From an uncultured Bacteroidales bacterium (lineage in GTDB: Bacteria; Bacteroidota; Bacteroidia; Bacteroidales; UBA932): a stretch of DNA of 64,000 nucleotides. The notes beneath the pieces were generated by a model that saw nothing but the letters and a program-made list of their open reading frames with translations, ran no database searches and was not told where the DNA came from. Positions 48,252-58,456 of the stretch are shown here, piece after piece. Every line of letters starts with the position of its first letter. Position 1 is the stretch's first letter. The stretch is taken from positions 403 to 64,402 of the forward strand of contig CALCEJ010000155.1 of assembly GCA_937900465.1 (NCBI GenBank), in the 5' to 3' direction. The position numbers and the translations under genes are program-made.

Positions 48252-49786
48252 TTGGAAGCAGATTCTGCTTCCTCGAGAGCCTTACGGTTCTCTTCCAGAG
48301 CCTTTACGATGCCGTTCACGGACTCCAGTGCCGGGACGGCATCTTCAATTCCCGCGACCTCTGCCGCAGTGAAGAGTTTGCCGGCCTGGACCCAGTCTCC
48401 GGTGAGCGCATAGTAAATTCCCTTGGTGTAGAGTGCGACAGGGCTGTCGCCGATGCGGTGCAGATAGAACGCAGCGCGGTCCATACTGCCCAGTGACATC
48501 GCCGCATTGGCTGCATTGATGTTCACGATTTCATCGTCAGGGTAAACCCTTGCCGCAACGGAGAATACGTGATTGAACTCCCGGGAACCTACGTTATAGC
48601 CCTGGGCCGCGAGGAAGAACTCATTGATGGAGAGGTTCTGGGGCCTTGTCTCCATAATGCGCCTTGCATCCTCTGCGGTAGTGTAGCTCCTGACCGTGTA
48701 GCTGACCTTGTAGTCAGTGCGGCGAAGACCGGGGAACACTTCCTGGACAAGATACTTCCAGGCAGAGGGGTAGTTGCTCTTGATACGGGCTTCCTTCTTG
48801 TCGGGAGCGGCGTTGGAGTCGAGGATTGAAAGGACCTTTTCCCTTGAAGGGAAGTCCGGGTTCTGCTCGACTTCTTTCCTGAGGCCGTCCCAGTTCTCCG
48901 CTACGGATTCGGGGAGATAGATATCGTCCGGCAGTTCGTAAAGGCCGCTGACGTACTCCCTGATAGCCTCTGTCCTTGCGGCTGCGAGTTTCTCGTTGAC
49001 GGCATACGAACCGTCAGGAGAGGAATAGCCGCGGAGAATTATCCGGGTGATGGTCATATCGGCATCGTTACGGACGGAGTCCACCGTGGCGCGAATCTTT
49101 CCAAGCTCGGAGGCGTTGTTCTCATACGAGGGATCGACAGCCGTGCTGCCGGAAGCAAAGACGACGTAAGCCTCGCCGGAGATATCCCGTTCCTTCACCG
49201 TGGTCTCCGCATCCGGGAGGACGTAGATGTAGTGGGGGACGAACTCCGGAACGTTCACGAGAGCGGGTCCGGATGAGGGCTCCGGCTCCGGTTCCGGCTC
49301 CGGCTCGGGAATCCTGGCGCTGAGGATAGGGTGTCCGTGTGTGATACGGCCTTCCTTGCCACAGCAGTTCACCGCCTGGCGGTCGATGCGAAGCTTCGCC
49401 TCAGACATCCAGGGAAGATATCCCACGACGGCGATGTAGTGGACCGGGCTTGGGATATCCTTTCGGTAGAATTCCCATTCTTCCGGGCTGAACACGTCGG
49501 AACTCCTTTCCGCGCGTGCGCGGTGGTAGAAGTAGCCTCTTGAGTAGATTGTCGCGGTGGGAAGGACCGTGTAGTTGTTCCCTCCGAAAATGACCGGAGT
49601 GAAGTAGACGGCCTGATTCCTTTCAAACTCATATCTGGAGAAGTCGAGGTCCATCTTGACGACGAGATCCTCCCCGTCGTGGGCGAACTCGAGGTTCGTA
49701 ACGGCGACATCATTTGAATATTCCTGTCCCCTGAGCGATAAACAGAGGGCAAGAGCCGCAAATGCGATTGCTATTGTCTTTTTCAT
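48248..49786 (-). CDS. DUF3868/OmpA-like TPR protein of pilus loci
   Basis: GYSSPDG, LAAAR, ENWDGL, PGLRR motifs; PE linker. Confidence 0.82.
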   Translation of the reverse strand: MKKTIAIAFAALALCLSLRGQEYSNDVAVTNLEFAHDGEDLVVKMDLDFSRYEFERNQAVYFTPVIFGGNNYTVLPTATIYSRGYFYHRARAERSSDVFSPEEWEFYRKDIPSPVHYIAVVGYLPWMSEAKLRIDRQAVNCCGKEGRITHGHPILSARIPEPEPEPEPEPSSGPALVNVPEFVPHYIYVLPDAETTVKERDISGEAYVVFASGSTAVDPSYENNASELGKIRATVDSVRNDADMTITRIILRGYSSPDGSYAVNEKLAAARTEAIREYVSGLYELPDDIYLPESVAENWDGLRKEVEQNPDFPSREKVLSILDSNAAPDKKEARIKSNYPSAWKYLVQEVFPGLRRTDYKVSYTVRSYTTAEDARRIMETRPQNLSINEFFLAAQGYNVGSREFNHVFSVAARVYPDDEIVNINAANAAMSLGSMDRAAFYLHRIGDSPVALYTKGIYYALTGDWVQAGKLFTAAEVAGIEDAVPALESVNGIVKALEENRKALEEAESASN

Positions 49787-49798
49787 CTTTCCGGGGAT

Positions 49799-50437
49799 TT
49801 AAAACAGGTAAACGACAGAAAGGGCGAGGTGAGTCGGGCCCACAAAGTCGAAAGTCGAACGGTGGTCGTAGATGGGAGTGGCGCCTTCGGTTACGTCCCC
49901 TTTGGAGACGTAGTAGTTGCCGTTCTCATCCTGGGGAAGAAGGTACTCGGTGCAGCGGAGGTACATATAGCCCAGCCCGAATTCCGCCTCCAGGTTCCAG
50001 TGACGGCCCAGTATCCAGTCATAGCCTATTCCGACGCCGGCGGAAAGGAACTTTCCGTCAGCCATAAGGTATTTCTGGAAGTTCGGGAACTTGTGGTAAT
50101 ACTGGCTGAAATCCCACCACAGATGCCCCGCATCGATATTCATTCCACCCATCGCATAGGCCGATGCGAACCATCCGTTGAATCTTTCGCAGAACCAATA
50201 CTTGAGTTCCGGGCGGACGATAAGGTGATTCAGCGTGATGTCGTAAGCATCCCAGTTACGGTAGGAACCTGCAAGTTCCACCGACCAGTGCTGAGTGATA
50301 CCTACCTCCAGTCCGAGGTTCGCGGAAGCGGTGGCGTCGTGAAGCAGATTGGTCTTCACGGCCACCCTGTTCTGCGCTCCTGCCGCGACGGGCAGAAGGA
50401 GCGCAGCGGTGATAATCATCAATAGAGCTTTTTTCAT
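49799..50437 (-). CDS. DUF3575 outer-membrane protein
   Basis: AVKTNLL.D, NLGLE, KYWFCE.FNG, GPTHLALSVVYLF motifs. Confidence 0.88.
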   Translation of the reverse strand: MKKALLMIITAALLLPVAAGAQNRVAVKTNLLHDATASANLGLEVGITQHWSVELAGSYRNWDAYDITLNHLIVRPELKYWFCERFNGWFASAYAMGGMNIDAGHLWWDFSQYYHKFPNFQKYLMADGKFLSAGVGIGYDWILGRHWNLEAEFGLGYMYLRCTEYLLPQDENGNYYVSKGDVTEGATPIYDHRSTFDFVGPTHLALSVVYLF

Positions 50438-50438
50438 A

Positions 50439-50642
50439 TTACTCTCCGTCTTCAGGGGTGTAATCCGGATCTTCTCCGTCATTCCAACCGTCAGCGCTCA
50501 CAGAGGGGACGACCTGCCTCGCCAAAGCCTCCTCCCGGGCCCTTATTTCAAGGGCCTCCTCCGGGTCCATTGATTCCCGGCGGCAGGAAAGAGCGGAAAT
50601 CATAAGGATTCCCGTCGCTATTGCAAGTAAGAGTCTTCTCAT
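50439..50642 (-). CDS. small lipoprotein
   Basis: LSC lipobox; V.ADGW C-terminal pilin-like strand; in operon. Confidence 0.6.
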   Translation of the reverse strand: MRRLLLAIATGILMISALSCRRESMDPEEALEIRAREEALARQVVPSVSADGWNDGEDPDYTPEDGE

Positions 50643-50649
50643 AGGGCGC

Positions 50650-51882
50650 TTATTCGTTCTTCGTTACAACAAGTTTGTACCCGTCGTGGATGAACTTGAC
50701 GTGGTATGAACCATCCTCGGGATAGATGACCTTTTCGTCGTCCAGCCCGGTTCCGAGCACGATGTCAAGGGAATTCGGATCTGCGACGAGATAGCTTTCA
50801 GAGTCGAATTCTCCGAGTGCATAGTACATCCAGGCGGTAGCCATTCCGGCCTGCCTGTCCCATCCCTTGTCCCAGCGAAGCTTGAAAACGTTACCGGCGG
50901 CATAGGTGATGTCCGCTTCCCAGACGCCTTCCCAGGGCTCCGTGCCGGTGGAGGTCTGAGTCATATCGAAATCAGTGCTCCAGTCGCTGCCGTTCACGGT
51001 GCCGATGATGCTCCACACCGGGTCGTTCAGCTCATAGTCAAGGCTTCCGCCGTCTTCCCATCCGGTAACGGTGAAGGAGAAGCCGACGGCCTCCCCGTGC
51101 TCAGGATCCGGAGGTGTGACTGAAGGATTGAGGGTAAGCGAAGCCGTCGCTGCCGCTCCTGCCTTGAACTCGAAGGCCGATGCAAGGACGAACGTGAAGG
51201 TCTTGCCGCTTTCCGTCGTTACGACGATGCGGGGAGCCGCCTTCTGGGGCATTACAATGAGCCCATAGCTGTTGTCCGCGAGCTTCGTGGCCTCGACGTT
51301 GACAGGGCTCACGCCCTCAGTGCTGACAGAACCTTCTGAGAGGTTCAGCGTACCATTCATCAGGACTCCGTTGACGGAAACCTGGCTTACAGGGTCGTTG
51401 TCAAGTTTGTTGGTGACGTTTACGAAAATCTTCGAGAACGGATGTCTGAACTTCAGCGCCACGGTGGTATTGGGGGTTGCGTCAGCCGTTGCCGCCATAT
51501 ACAGGTTGTGGTACTCGAAATTATGGGCCCCTTCGTATAGAAGGTTGTACTCGAAGGTGGAGACAGTCTGGTTTTCGTCGGGGTAAATCGCGACGAAGTT
51601 GGTCTGTGTGGCCTGGTCCTTGACCCAGTAGATGGGCGAGGAGAGTTCCAGGCCGCCACCGGCGGTAACGGTTGCCGTTGCGACGGCGTTGATAGGCGTT
51701 CCGGCTATGATCCGGATCTTGTCGCCGGCCTCAAGGGACGATTCGGTCGCCCTGGTGAAGCCGTAGGTGTCGTAGGATGCGACGAATTTCACCTCCCTTG
51801 AGGACTCGCAGTCAAGGGCGTCGTTCCTGGAGCATCCGATAACCGCAGCCGCAATGGCGAGGATTATTGATATCCTTTTCAT
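50650..51882 (-). CDS. fimbrillin-family lipoprotein with C-terminal SusE/F-like module
   Basis: IGC lipobox, FTRA, FVAIYP, FRHPFSK, MPQ; WSIIG..WSTDFDM..FKLRW. Confidence 0.78.
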   Translation of the reverse strand: MKRISIILAIAAAVIGCSRNDALDCESSREVKFVASYDTYGFTRATESSLEAGDKIRIIAGTPINAVATATVTAGGGLELSSPIYWVKDQATQTNFVAIYPDENQTVSTFEYNLLYEGAHNFEYHNLYMAATADATPNTTVALKFRHPFSKIFVNVTNKLDNDPVSQVSVNGVLMNGTLNLSEGSVSTEGVSPVNVEATKLADNSYGLIVMPQKAAPRIVVTTESGKTFTFVLASAFEFKAGAAATASLTLNPSVTPPDPEHGEAVGFSFTVTGWEDGGSLDYELNDPVWSIIGTVNGSDWSTDFDMTQTSTGTEPWEGVWEADITYAAGNVFKLRWDKGWDRQAGMATAWMYYALGEFDSESYLVADPNSLDIVLGTGLDDEKVIYPEDGSYHVKFIHDGYKLVVTKNE

Positions 51883-51896
51883 AGAGCAGTGGGGGA

Positions 51897-53150
51897 TTAT
51901 TCAGCAGCGCCGTTACGGACGTACGAGAGAGCGAGGGTGCTGGAATTGAAGGTAACGGTATAGTTGCCGGATGTCTCGGGGAACTTGATGTTCTTCTGAT
52001 GGTCTCCGTCAGTCCCGAGAGTGTAAGGATCCGTGCCGATATTGTCGGAGCCATTCCACATACCGTAGTAGGTCTCTCCAAGACGGACCTTGAAGCCCTT
52101 TCCGGACTCGTCGTCAGTCATTGCTTCGTCATAGTTGACGGTAATGCTCCAGCTGTTCTCCGCCCCGGGAGTCATATAGTAGTAGGTCGCCCAGGCGTCA
52201 GCGCCCTTATCGTCAGTTGCATATACGCAGCCGCCGATCTGGACATAATTGCCCACGGTAGGGTCTCCGATGGTTCCCACGGTAGTTGCATCTCCGTCAG
52301 TCCAGTCGACAGTGTCGAAGGTGAGGGCGCCAACGGCGGTGCGTCCGCCGTCGATTCCGCCCACGGGATTGAGCGTGACGTTTGCGGTAGCGGTCTTTCC
52401 GGCCTGGAAGGTGTAGTCACCGGTGATGCGGAAGGTATAGACGGAACCAAGGGTGGTGGTTACGACGATGTCCATTGCTGCGGTTGCGGCCTGGGGAAGG
52501 AGGATGAGCTCGTAGCGGGTTGCGCTGGCGGCATAGGCGTGGACGTCGCTGTATGTGTCAGCGGCGACGATGGTTGCGGGAGCGGTCGACATATCGAATG
52601 TCGTGGCGTTGAGCTTGACCTGCTTCATTACTACGGAAGCGACGGCGTCGGAACCAAGATTGTTGGTGATGCTTACTACAACCTTTGCGAAGGGGTGCTT
52701 GAAGCTGAAGGCGACGGTGCCGGGATCCGGGGATGCGCTCTGGACTGCGGTCATCACATTTGCGTGATATGTGTATGTGTCTTCCGCGGTCTGGTCTTCG
52801 GGGATATTATAGGCTCCGCTGACGCCAGCGCCATCCGCATAAGGATAACGGGCCACGAAGGTTGATGCGGCGGACTGGCCTACACCCCAGTAAATCGTAG
52901 TTGAAGGGGTAAGCGTGCTGCCGGAAACCGTAGCCTGGACGTTGTTTGCGCCAAGGTCGGCGGCATAGATACCGACATTCGAGCACCCCTCCTCGCCCAG
53001 CTCGAGAGTTGCGCTCTTAAAGGAATATGTTCCAAGATTTTCGACCGTGAAACGCACGGCCCTCTGGCCCATTGAGGCCTCGTTTTCCACTTTGTTGCAG
53101 GCCACGAGGGCTGTGGCCAGGACTGCAACTGCAAGTAATGCTTTTTTCAT
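51897..53150 (-). CDS. fimbrillin-family lipoprotein with C-terminal CBM-like module
   Basis: VAC lipobox, FVARYPY, FKHPFAK, LPQ; GFKVR..NIKF..GNYTVTFN. Confidence 0.78.
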   Translation of the reverse strand: MKKALLAVAVLATALVACNKVENEASMGQRAVRFTVENLGTYSFKSATLELGEEGCSNVGIYAADLGANNVQATVSGSTLTPSTTIYWGVGQSAASTFVARYPYADGAGVSGAYNIPEDQTAEDTYTYHANVMTAVQSASPDPGTVAFSFKHPFAKVVVSITNNLGSDAVASVVMKQVKLNATTFDMSTAPATIVAADTYSDVHAYAASATRYELILLPQAATAAMDIVVTTTLGSVYTFRITGDYTFQAGKTATANVTLNPVGGIDGGRTAVGALTFDTVDWTDGDATTVGTIGDPTVGNYVQIGGCVYATDDKGADAWATYYYMTPGAENSWSITVNYDEAMTDDESGKGFKVRLGETYYGMWNGSDNIGTDPYTLGTDGDHQKNIKFPETSGNYTVTFNSSTLALSYVRNGAAE

Positions 53151-53170
53151 CGTGTTTATGGTTTTAAGTG

Positions 53171-56100
53171 TTAATTAAGTTCAAATACTACGGAGCTGTA
53201 GCCCGGGAGGGTTACGGTTGCTCCGTCGGAAATATTGCCGCTGACGGAGACGCGGCCGTTGGAGACGAGGATGTTGTCATTTGATACGTTCTCGCCCGGC
53301 CAGCGGGTTACATCAGTGGTGTAGGAACTGAAGTTGTGAAGGACGAGGACGACTTTGTCGCCGTCAACCTGGTGGAGGTACCATCCGGCAATGTGCCCGT
53401 CGTAGCCTCCATAGGTGCGTTCATCGGCTTCAGGCCAGCCGTTCGCGAGGGCGGGGTTCGTGTTCCTCGCATAAGCGAAGTGGCGGTACAGGCTCAGCAG
53501 GGAGGTCTCGTCATCCTCCTGGGATTCGACGCTTATCGATGCGGTAAGCATATTCCAGTCGACCTTGTTCGAGACGCCCTTCGAGGCGGCGCTGGAACGG
53601 GACGGGGTCCACAGGATGGGCGTACGGACGTACTCGTCGCCGCCGGCCTTTGTGCCCCAGTAGCCAAGCTCCTCGCCCTGATAGATGTAGGGCCTTCCGG
53701 CAGCCGTGAGAAGCACTGCCGCGGCCTGACGGATCTTGGGCTTGTAGTTGCCAAGGCTGGACGCGGTGCGGTCCTCGTCGTGGTTTGCAAGCTTCGGGGT
53801 GGAGATCGCATCGGCCCGATAGGCCCTGTGGCCGTTCCAGCGGTAAGGCAGTGAGCCGGGGAAGTGCTGGCCGTAGCCGGCGTTATGGATTGTCTCGCCG
53901 TTGAGGCAGTTCCTCAGATCCCACCAGAACTGGAATTCGAACAGGGCGGGAAGGCCGGAGTAGAACGGCGAGCAGTCGCCGTCGCCGGAAAGCACTTCAC
54001 CGACCATGAATATGTTCTCGTCCACGATTCCGCTGAGGCCGGCGCGCTTATCGGCATTGGCCTTGTAAATCTTGTTGCACTCGTTGTAGAATGTATTCCA
54101 GAAGGTCTTGTTCTCCGGGCCGGTTTCGTTGGCGTAGATATGCTTTACCGCGTCGAGGCGGAATCCGTCCACGCCCATTCCGAGCCACTTTTCGACGCCC
54201 GTCATTATCGCCTTGAAGGCGGGGCTGGAGGCACACTGGTCCGCTTTTCCGTAGTTGAAGTCCACGAACATTCCGGTGCCGAATTCGGTGTAGTAGAAAT
54301 ACATTTCCCCTCCTGGCATAACTATGTTCTGGACCGCATCGCTTTCGCCGGAATAGAGGGTATGGGCCTCGCCGTCCTTAAGCTGGTCGCCGCTGCCGTT
54401 GAATCCCCACTTGGTGCCCTTTGACCAGTCATCGGCCTTGGTCGTACGGATAAGGCAGCCCCAGTCGGACTCGAAGTCCAGGATGAGCCTGTACTTGTTC
54501 GTTCCGTTGTCGTAGAACTGGGTGTAGGTGCTGTTGCCCCAGAACAGGTAACGGGCGGGATTGTTGGTCGTTCCGCTTGTCGTGGGGGCTTCAGTCGTCT
54601 TCGACACCGTGATTGTCGGGGCCGATGCGTTCGTCCAGTCGAGGTCTATCTTGAAACGCTGTTTTCCGCCTCCGCCAACAAGGACCGGGAACCACTTGTA
54701 TCCGTTGTAACCGAAGCTTGCGGGAATCTGGTCGATCTTCCCGGCCTTGATGTCAGCTTCGGGAGTCTTCGTGATGGAATAATAGTCCCAGTACTCGCTC
54801 TCAGGACCCTTCTTCTTTATGTCCAGGAACCATTTGTTCTGGTCGCCGGAATGATTCATCACGTAGTCCATATAGATGCGGATATTGTGCTTATGGGCCT
54901 CCGTGATAAGGTTCTGGAAGTCTTTTTCCGTGCCGAAGCGGGGATTGACCGCCTCGTAGTCCGTGACGTCGTAGCCGTGGTAGGACTGGGCCGGCTGGAT
55001 GGGGGAGAGCCAGAGCGCGGTGACGCCCATCCTGTCGAAGTAGTCGAGGCTCTGGGTTATTCCGTTGAAGTCTCCGTAGCCGTCGCCGTTACTGTCCTTG
55101 AAGGAGAAGACGTTCACCTGGTAGGTGATGCCTCCCGCCTTGTTCCCGACAGGCAGGGATTCGTCGTAGGTGCCCCCGAGATAGTAGTCCGGCCTTCCGT
55201 CGGCCTCGTGGGTCCACTCCGTTCCGGCTTCGAGGACATACAGGATCTTGTTTTCCGCGGAGAGGTAGATGTCGTATCTGCCGCCGGTCGCAAGCTTCAT
55301 ATTGCCGGCACCCTGGGCGACGTCCGTCTTCGCTCCGACGGTTATCGTGTTGCCGCTTTCACTTTCCGGCCCGTAGCCGAAGTTCGTACCCCAGCTGCGG
55401 TTCTGGCGGAACTTGAACATTTCGCCGGCGGCGATTTCCAAATCGCGCGCAACCTCCCAGTACCCTTCCGTGTCCATCGGGAAATCGACGTTCCACTCCG
55501 TTCCGCCGATGGTGCCGATTATCGTCCAGGAACTGCTTCCGAACTTGACTTCCACGGGCTCGACGCCCTTTCCGGAGACTCCGGGGTCGGAGGGATCCTC
55601 GACGGCGGTGAGTGTTGTGCCGTCCCACGTGAAGTAGAGGCTGGAGTGTATCGTCAGGTCGCTCCAGAGGGGATCCTTCTCATCCGGCTTCGGGTATTGA
55701 TTCCCCTTGCCGTCGTTCAGGATAAGGTTGATTCCGCCCACTCCGCTGAAGCCTGCGGCCTCCCAGTAGGTGTAGAGGTAATCGCCGAAGGATTTCGTTC
55801 CGCCGGCGTAGGTTCCGGGCCAGGCGCCGTAAGGCTGCATTCCGCCGCCGTCGCCAACATAGGCATACATATACGGGGTTGTCCAGGTGGAATTGTTCAG
55901 GACGTAGATCCTGGTGTTTTCGCCTTCCTCCTGCTCGTTCGTCGCATCGCCGTGGGCAAAGACGTCTCCGGCTTTTTCGACGTAAAGGATCATAAAGTTT
56001 GGCTGGACGTAGAGGTCGTAGGTGCCGGGACTCAGCTTGATGTTGCCGCCGTCGTCGGCAAGGATGTACTTCTTGTCGAGGGAAGGATTTCCGCTTCCGG

Positions 56101-56713
56101 CACCGAGGTTCGTCGCCCAGTCGCCGTTCATCCTGAACTTGAACTCCTCGCCGGAAGCGACCGTGACGTCGAACGCCGCCATCCAGCCGCCGGGCTCTCC
56201 GAGCATAGGGATGTCATCCCCGCCGGAGCCCCAGTTAAGGCCCATAATGGATCCGGTGACGCCCCAGTTCGTAGTTTCCGTAAACTCGCTCCTGTCGATG
56301 ACCTGGCCGGGCTCTTCCTTGGCGCCTGCGGCCGCTTGGGAGACGGGGAGGTCAACTGAGACGGACGGGTCTGATTTCAGAGCGATGCGGAGAGTGGTCT
56401 CGCGGGGATCGTCGCTGTCGTTGGAAGGGGCGACGGCGGTGACGGTCGTCGTGCCGCTGCCCTCGGCGGGGGACAGTTCAAGCCAGTCTGCCTCGCACTC
56501 CGCGGCCCAGATTTCCTCTGAGGTCACGGTGAAGGTCTTCGTTGCTCCTTCTCCGACAAAGTTCAGACGCACGACGCTGGTCTTGATCTTGTCTGCGCCG
56601 GGGACGACCGGATCGTCCGTGTTGTCGGGCTCATCCCTGCGGCAGCCGGCAAGGACCGTCAAAATGCAAAGTGCAGCGGTTGAGGCTGCCCTTGAAAAGA
56701 ACTTGCAGTCCAT
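53171..56713 (-). CDS. GH13 alpha-amylase lipoprotein (SusG-like) with BACON and starch-binding modules
   Basis: DSNGDGYGDF, LWLSPI, YHGYDV, DYVMNH, GFRLDAVKH, VGE, NHD, YQGEELG motifs. Confidence 0.92.
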   Translation of the reverse strand: MDCKFFSRAASTAALCILTVLAGCRRDEPDNTDDPVVPGADKIKTSVVRLNFVGEGATKTFTVTSEEIWAAECEADWLELSPAEGSGTTTVTAVAPSNDSDDPRETTLRIALKSDPSVSVDLPVSQAAAGAKEEPGQVIDRSEFTETTNWGVTGSIMGLNWGSGGDDIPMLGEPGGWMAAFDVTVASGEEFKFRMNGDWATNLGAGSGNPSLDKKYILADDGGNIKLSPGTYDLYVQPNFMILYVEKAGDVFAHGDATNEQEEGENTRIYVLNNSTWTTPYMYAYVGDGGGMQPYGAWPGTYAGGTKSFGDYLYTYWEAAGFSGVGGINLILNDGKGNQYPKPDEKDPLWSDLTIHSSLYFTWDGTTLTAVEDPSDPGVSGKGVEPVEVKFGSSSWTIIGTIGGTEWNVDFPMDTEGYWEVARDLEIAAGEMFKFRQNRSWGTNFGYGPESESGNTITVGAKTDVAQGAGNMKLATGGRYDIYLSAENKILYVLEAGTEWTHEADGRPDYYLGGTYDESLPVGNKAGGITYQVNVFSFKDSNGDGYGDFNGITQSLDYFDRMGVTALWLSPIQPAQSYHGYDVTDYEAVNPRFGTEKDFQNLITEAHKHNIRIYMDYVMNHSGDQNKWFLDIKKKGPESEYWDYYSITKTPEADIKAGKIDQIPASFGYNGYKWFPVLVGGGGKQRFKIDLDWTNASAPTITVSKTTEAPTTSGTTNNPARYLFWGNSTYTQFYDNGTNKYRLILDFESDWGCLIRTTKADDWSKGTKWGFNGSGDQLKDGEAHTLYSGESDAVQNIVMPGGEMYFYYTEFGTGMFVDFNYGKADQCASSPAFKAIMTGVEKWLGMGVDGFRLDAVKHIYANETGPENKTFWNTFYNECNKIYKANADKRAGLSGIVDENIFMVGEVLSGDGDCSPFYSGLPALFEFQFWWDLRNCLNGETIHNAGYGQHFPGSLPYRWNGHRAYRADAISTPKLANHDEDRTASSLGNYKPKIRQAAAVLLTAAGRPYIYQGEELGYWGTKAGGDEYVRTPILWTPSRSSAASKGVSNKVDWNMLTASISVESQEDDETSLLSLYRHFAYARNTNPALANGWPEADERTYGGYDGHIAGWYLHQVDGDKVVLVLHNFSSYTTDVTRWPGENVSNDNILVSNGRVSVSGNISDGATVTLPGYSSVVFELN

Positions 56714-56719
56714 ATTTTT

Positions 56720-57187
56720 CTATGATTTCTTGAACAGACCTCCGAGGACGCTCGTCGCCGCGCCGAGAATGCCGGATGATGAGCCCGTGGAGGATCCGCC
56801 CTTGAGCGAAAGTATTATGTCGTTAAGGTCCACGTCACCGTCGCCGTCCTGATCCTTCAGGATGCCTCCCAGTTTGCCCATCACGGTAGGGATAAGGGCC
56901 ATAAGGGCGTTTTTGGTGCCGCTTCCGAGCTTTAGTTTCGAAAGGGTGTCAGTTGTGAAGATTTTGCCTGCGAGAGCCGTCACGGGGCTTGATGCGGCCT
57001 TTTCCTTGCCGGTAAGAAGGGCTTTTATCTGGTCGATTCCGCCACTTTTAGCCGCTGTTTTCGTGAGGCTGCCGGTGATTGCGCCGGTAAGGCCGTTCAG
57101 GACGGTATCCTTAATGTTTGAAGGAATTTCAACGCTGCCTGCGGCGCTCTTTACCTGACTGAGAATAAGATCTGTAATGTTTGCCAT
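56720..57187 (-). CDS. hypothetical Gly-rich protein (DUF937-like)
   Basis: DQDGDGDVD motif and GGLF tail. Confidence 0.6.
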   Translation of the reverse strand: MANITDLILSQVKSAAGSVEIPSNIKDTVLNGLTGAITGSLTKTAAKSGGIDQIKALLTGKEKAASSPVTALAGKIFTTDTLSKLKLGSGTKNALMALIPTVMGKLGGILKDQDGDGDVDLNDIILSLKGGSSTGSSSGILGAATSVLGGLFKKS

Positions 57188-57294
57188 AGTCAGAAGTCTT
57201 ACGTTATTAATTCGGCGAAAGATACAAAAAAATGCCGTATCTTTGTACTTGTGAAAAACAAAGTTGTAATAGTCGGTTTGTAAAGTATTCTTTT

Positions 57295-57924
57295 ATGAAG
57301 GCTCTGAAATATCTCTTTGTCCCGCTCATTGCCCTTGTGACGGCGCTTTCCTGCCGTCAGAATGATCCGGCCCTTCAGGAAAGGGCCCTCGAGCTTTGCA
57401 AGTATATCCCGGATCACAGCATCAGCGACGATGCCGTCAATTACCTGACTCCGGATTTCTACACGGCCTTGACTGAGGCCTGGGATGCCCCTGACGGCGC
57501 TTTCCCCGGAGAAAGCGGAGAGAGCGAATGGCTTTATTATTTTGTGACCGGGAGTGGCGGCAGCCTTCCTCATTTCACCGTTGAGTCTGCCTGGCGGACG
57601 GGGAAGAACAGGGCTGTTGCGACGGTCCTCCTCGGACAGGTATGGGAGCCCGGCGGCGAGGTCCAGAGCGAGCGGCCCTGCTCGCTTGAAATGGAACTCT
57701 GTGACGGAGAATGGCTTCTGGATGATTTCGACGGCATCAAGGAGGCCTGCCGGATTTACGTCAAGGAGCTCCGTGAGAAATACCGTACCGGTGCTTTCGT
57801 CACGGAATTCGAGCGCTATCTCCAGGAACATCCCGGCGAGCGTGACATCCTGGACCCGGAAGGTACCTACGCCTCAGACCTTGACGCCGCTATCCACCGC
57901 TTCTACGAAATCTACGGCGAGTAG
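57295..57924 (+). CDS. hypothetical lipoprotein
   Basis: LSC lipobox; WLLDDF motif. Confidence 0.65.
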   Translation: MKALKYLFVPLIALVTALSCRQNDPALQERALELCKYIPDHSISDDAVNYLTPDFYTALTEAWDAPDGAFPGESGESEWLYYFVTGSGGSLPHFTVESAWRTGKNRAVATVLLGQVWEPGGEVQSERPCSLEMELCDGEWLLDDFDGIKEACRIYVKELREKYRTGAFVTEFERYLQEHPGERDILDPEGTYASDLDAAIHRFYEIYGE

Positions 57925-57967
57925 CCTTCGGGCGCTTCTACGAAATCTACGGCGAGTAGCCTTCGGG
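57898..57967 (+). repeat. 35-bp tandem duplication spanning a stop codon
   Basis: CGCTTCTACGAAATCTACGGCGAGTAGCCTTCGGG x2. Confidence 0.9.
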
Positions 57968-58450
57968 TTACCCCCTCAGGAGCCTCATCTCCGCGTGGGG
58001 AATTCCCGCCTCGTCGAAAAGGCCGGAGCATACCCTGAAGCCCATCTTCTCATAAAATCCGATGCAGTACTCCTGCGAGTGGAGTAGTATCTCGTTAGCG
58101 CCCATCCGGGTCCACGCGGCTTCAATCCCCGCCTCTACAACCCTTCGGCCAAGGCCTTCGCCGTGACGGCGGGTAAGGACTCGGCCCATATGGACCGGCC
58201 CGGCGGTGGTAGAGTCATGGGCCCCGGTGGGTTTTCCGGCCCCATCGTCCTCCCGGTAGAGTCTTAGATACGCCTCGACCGTGCCGTCACGGGTCTCAAG
58301 CCAGACGTGAAGGCTGTGGAGGTCTACCCCGTCCGCATCCGGATAACATATCTTCTGCTCCACGGTGAACACATCGCACCGGGCCCCGAGGATTTCGTAT
58401 ACTTCGCGGGCGGAGAGTTCTTCGAAAGACTTGATTTTTAGGGTTAGCAT
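57968..58450 (-). CDS. ElaA-like GNAT acetyltransferase
   Basis: FEELS..EVYEIL..R..VF.VEQ, GFYEKMGF, EAGIPH motifs. Confidence 0.9.
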   Translation of the reverse strand: MLTLKIKSFEELSAREVYEILGARCDVFTVEQKICYPDADGVDLHSLHVWLETRDGTVEAYLRLYREDDGAGKPTGAHDSTTAGPVHMGRVLTRRHGEGLGRRVVEAGIEAAWTRMGANEILLHSQEYCIGFYEKMGFRVCSGLFDEAGIPHAEMRLLRG

Positions 58451-58456
58451 AGGCGG

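Noticed and set aside
49278..49310. Hexamer repeat in the DUF3868 gene
   Set aside because: Ordinary Pro-Glu linker
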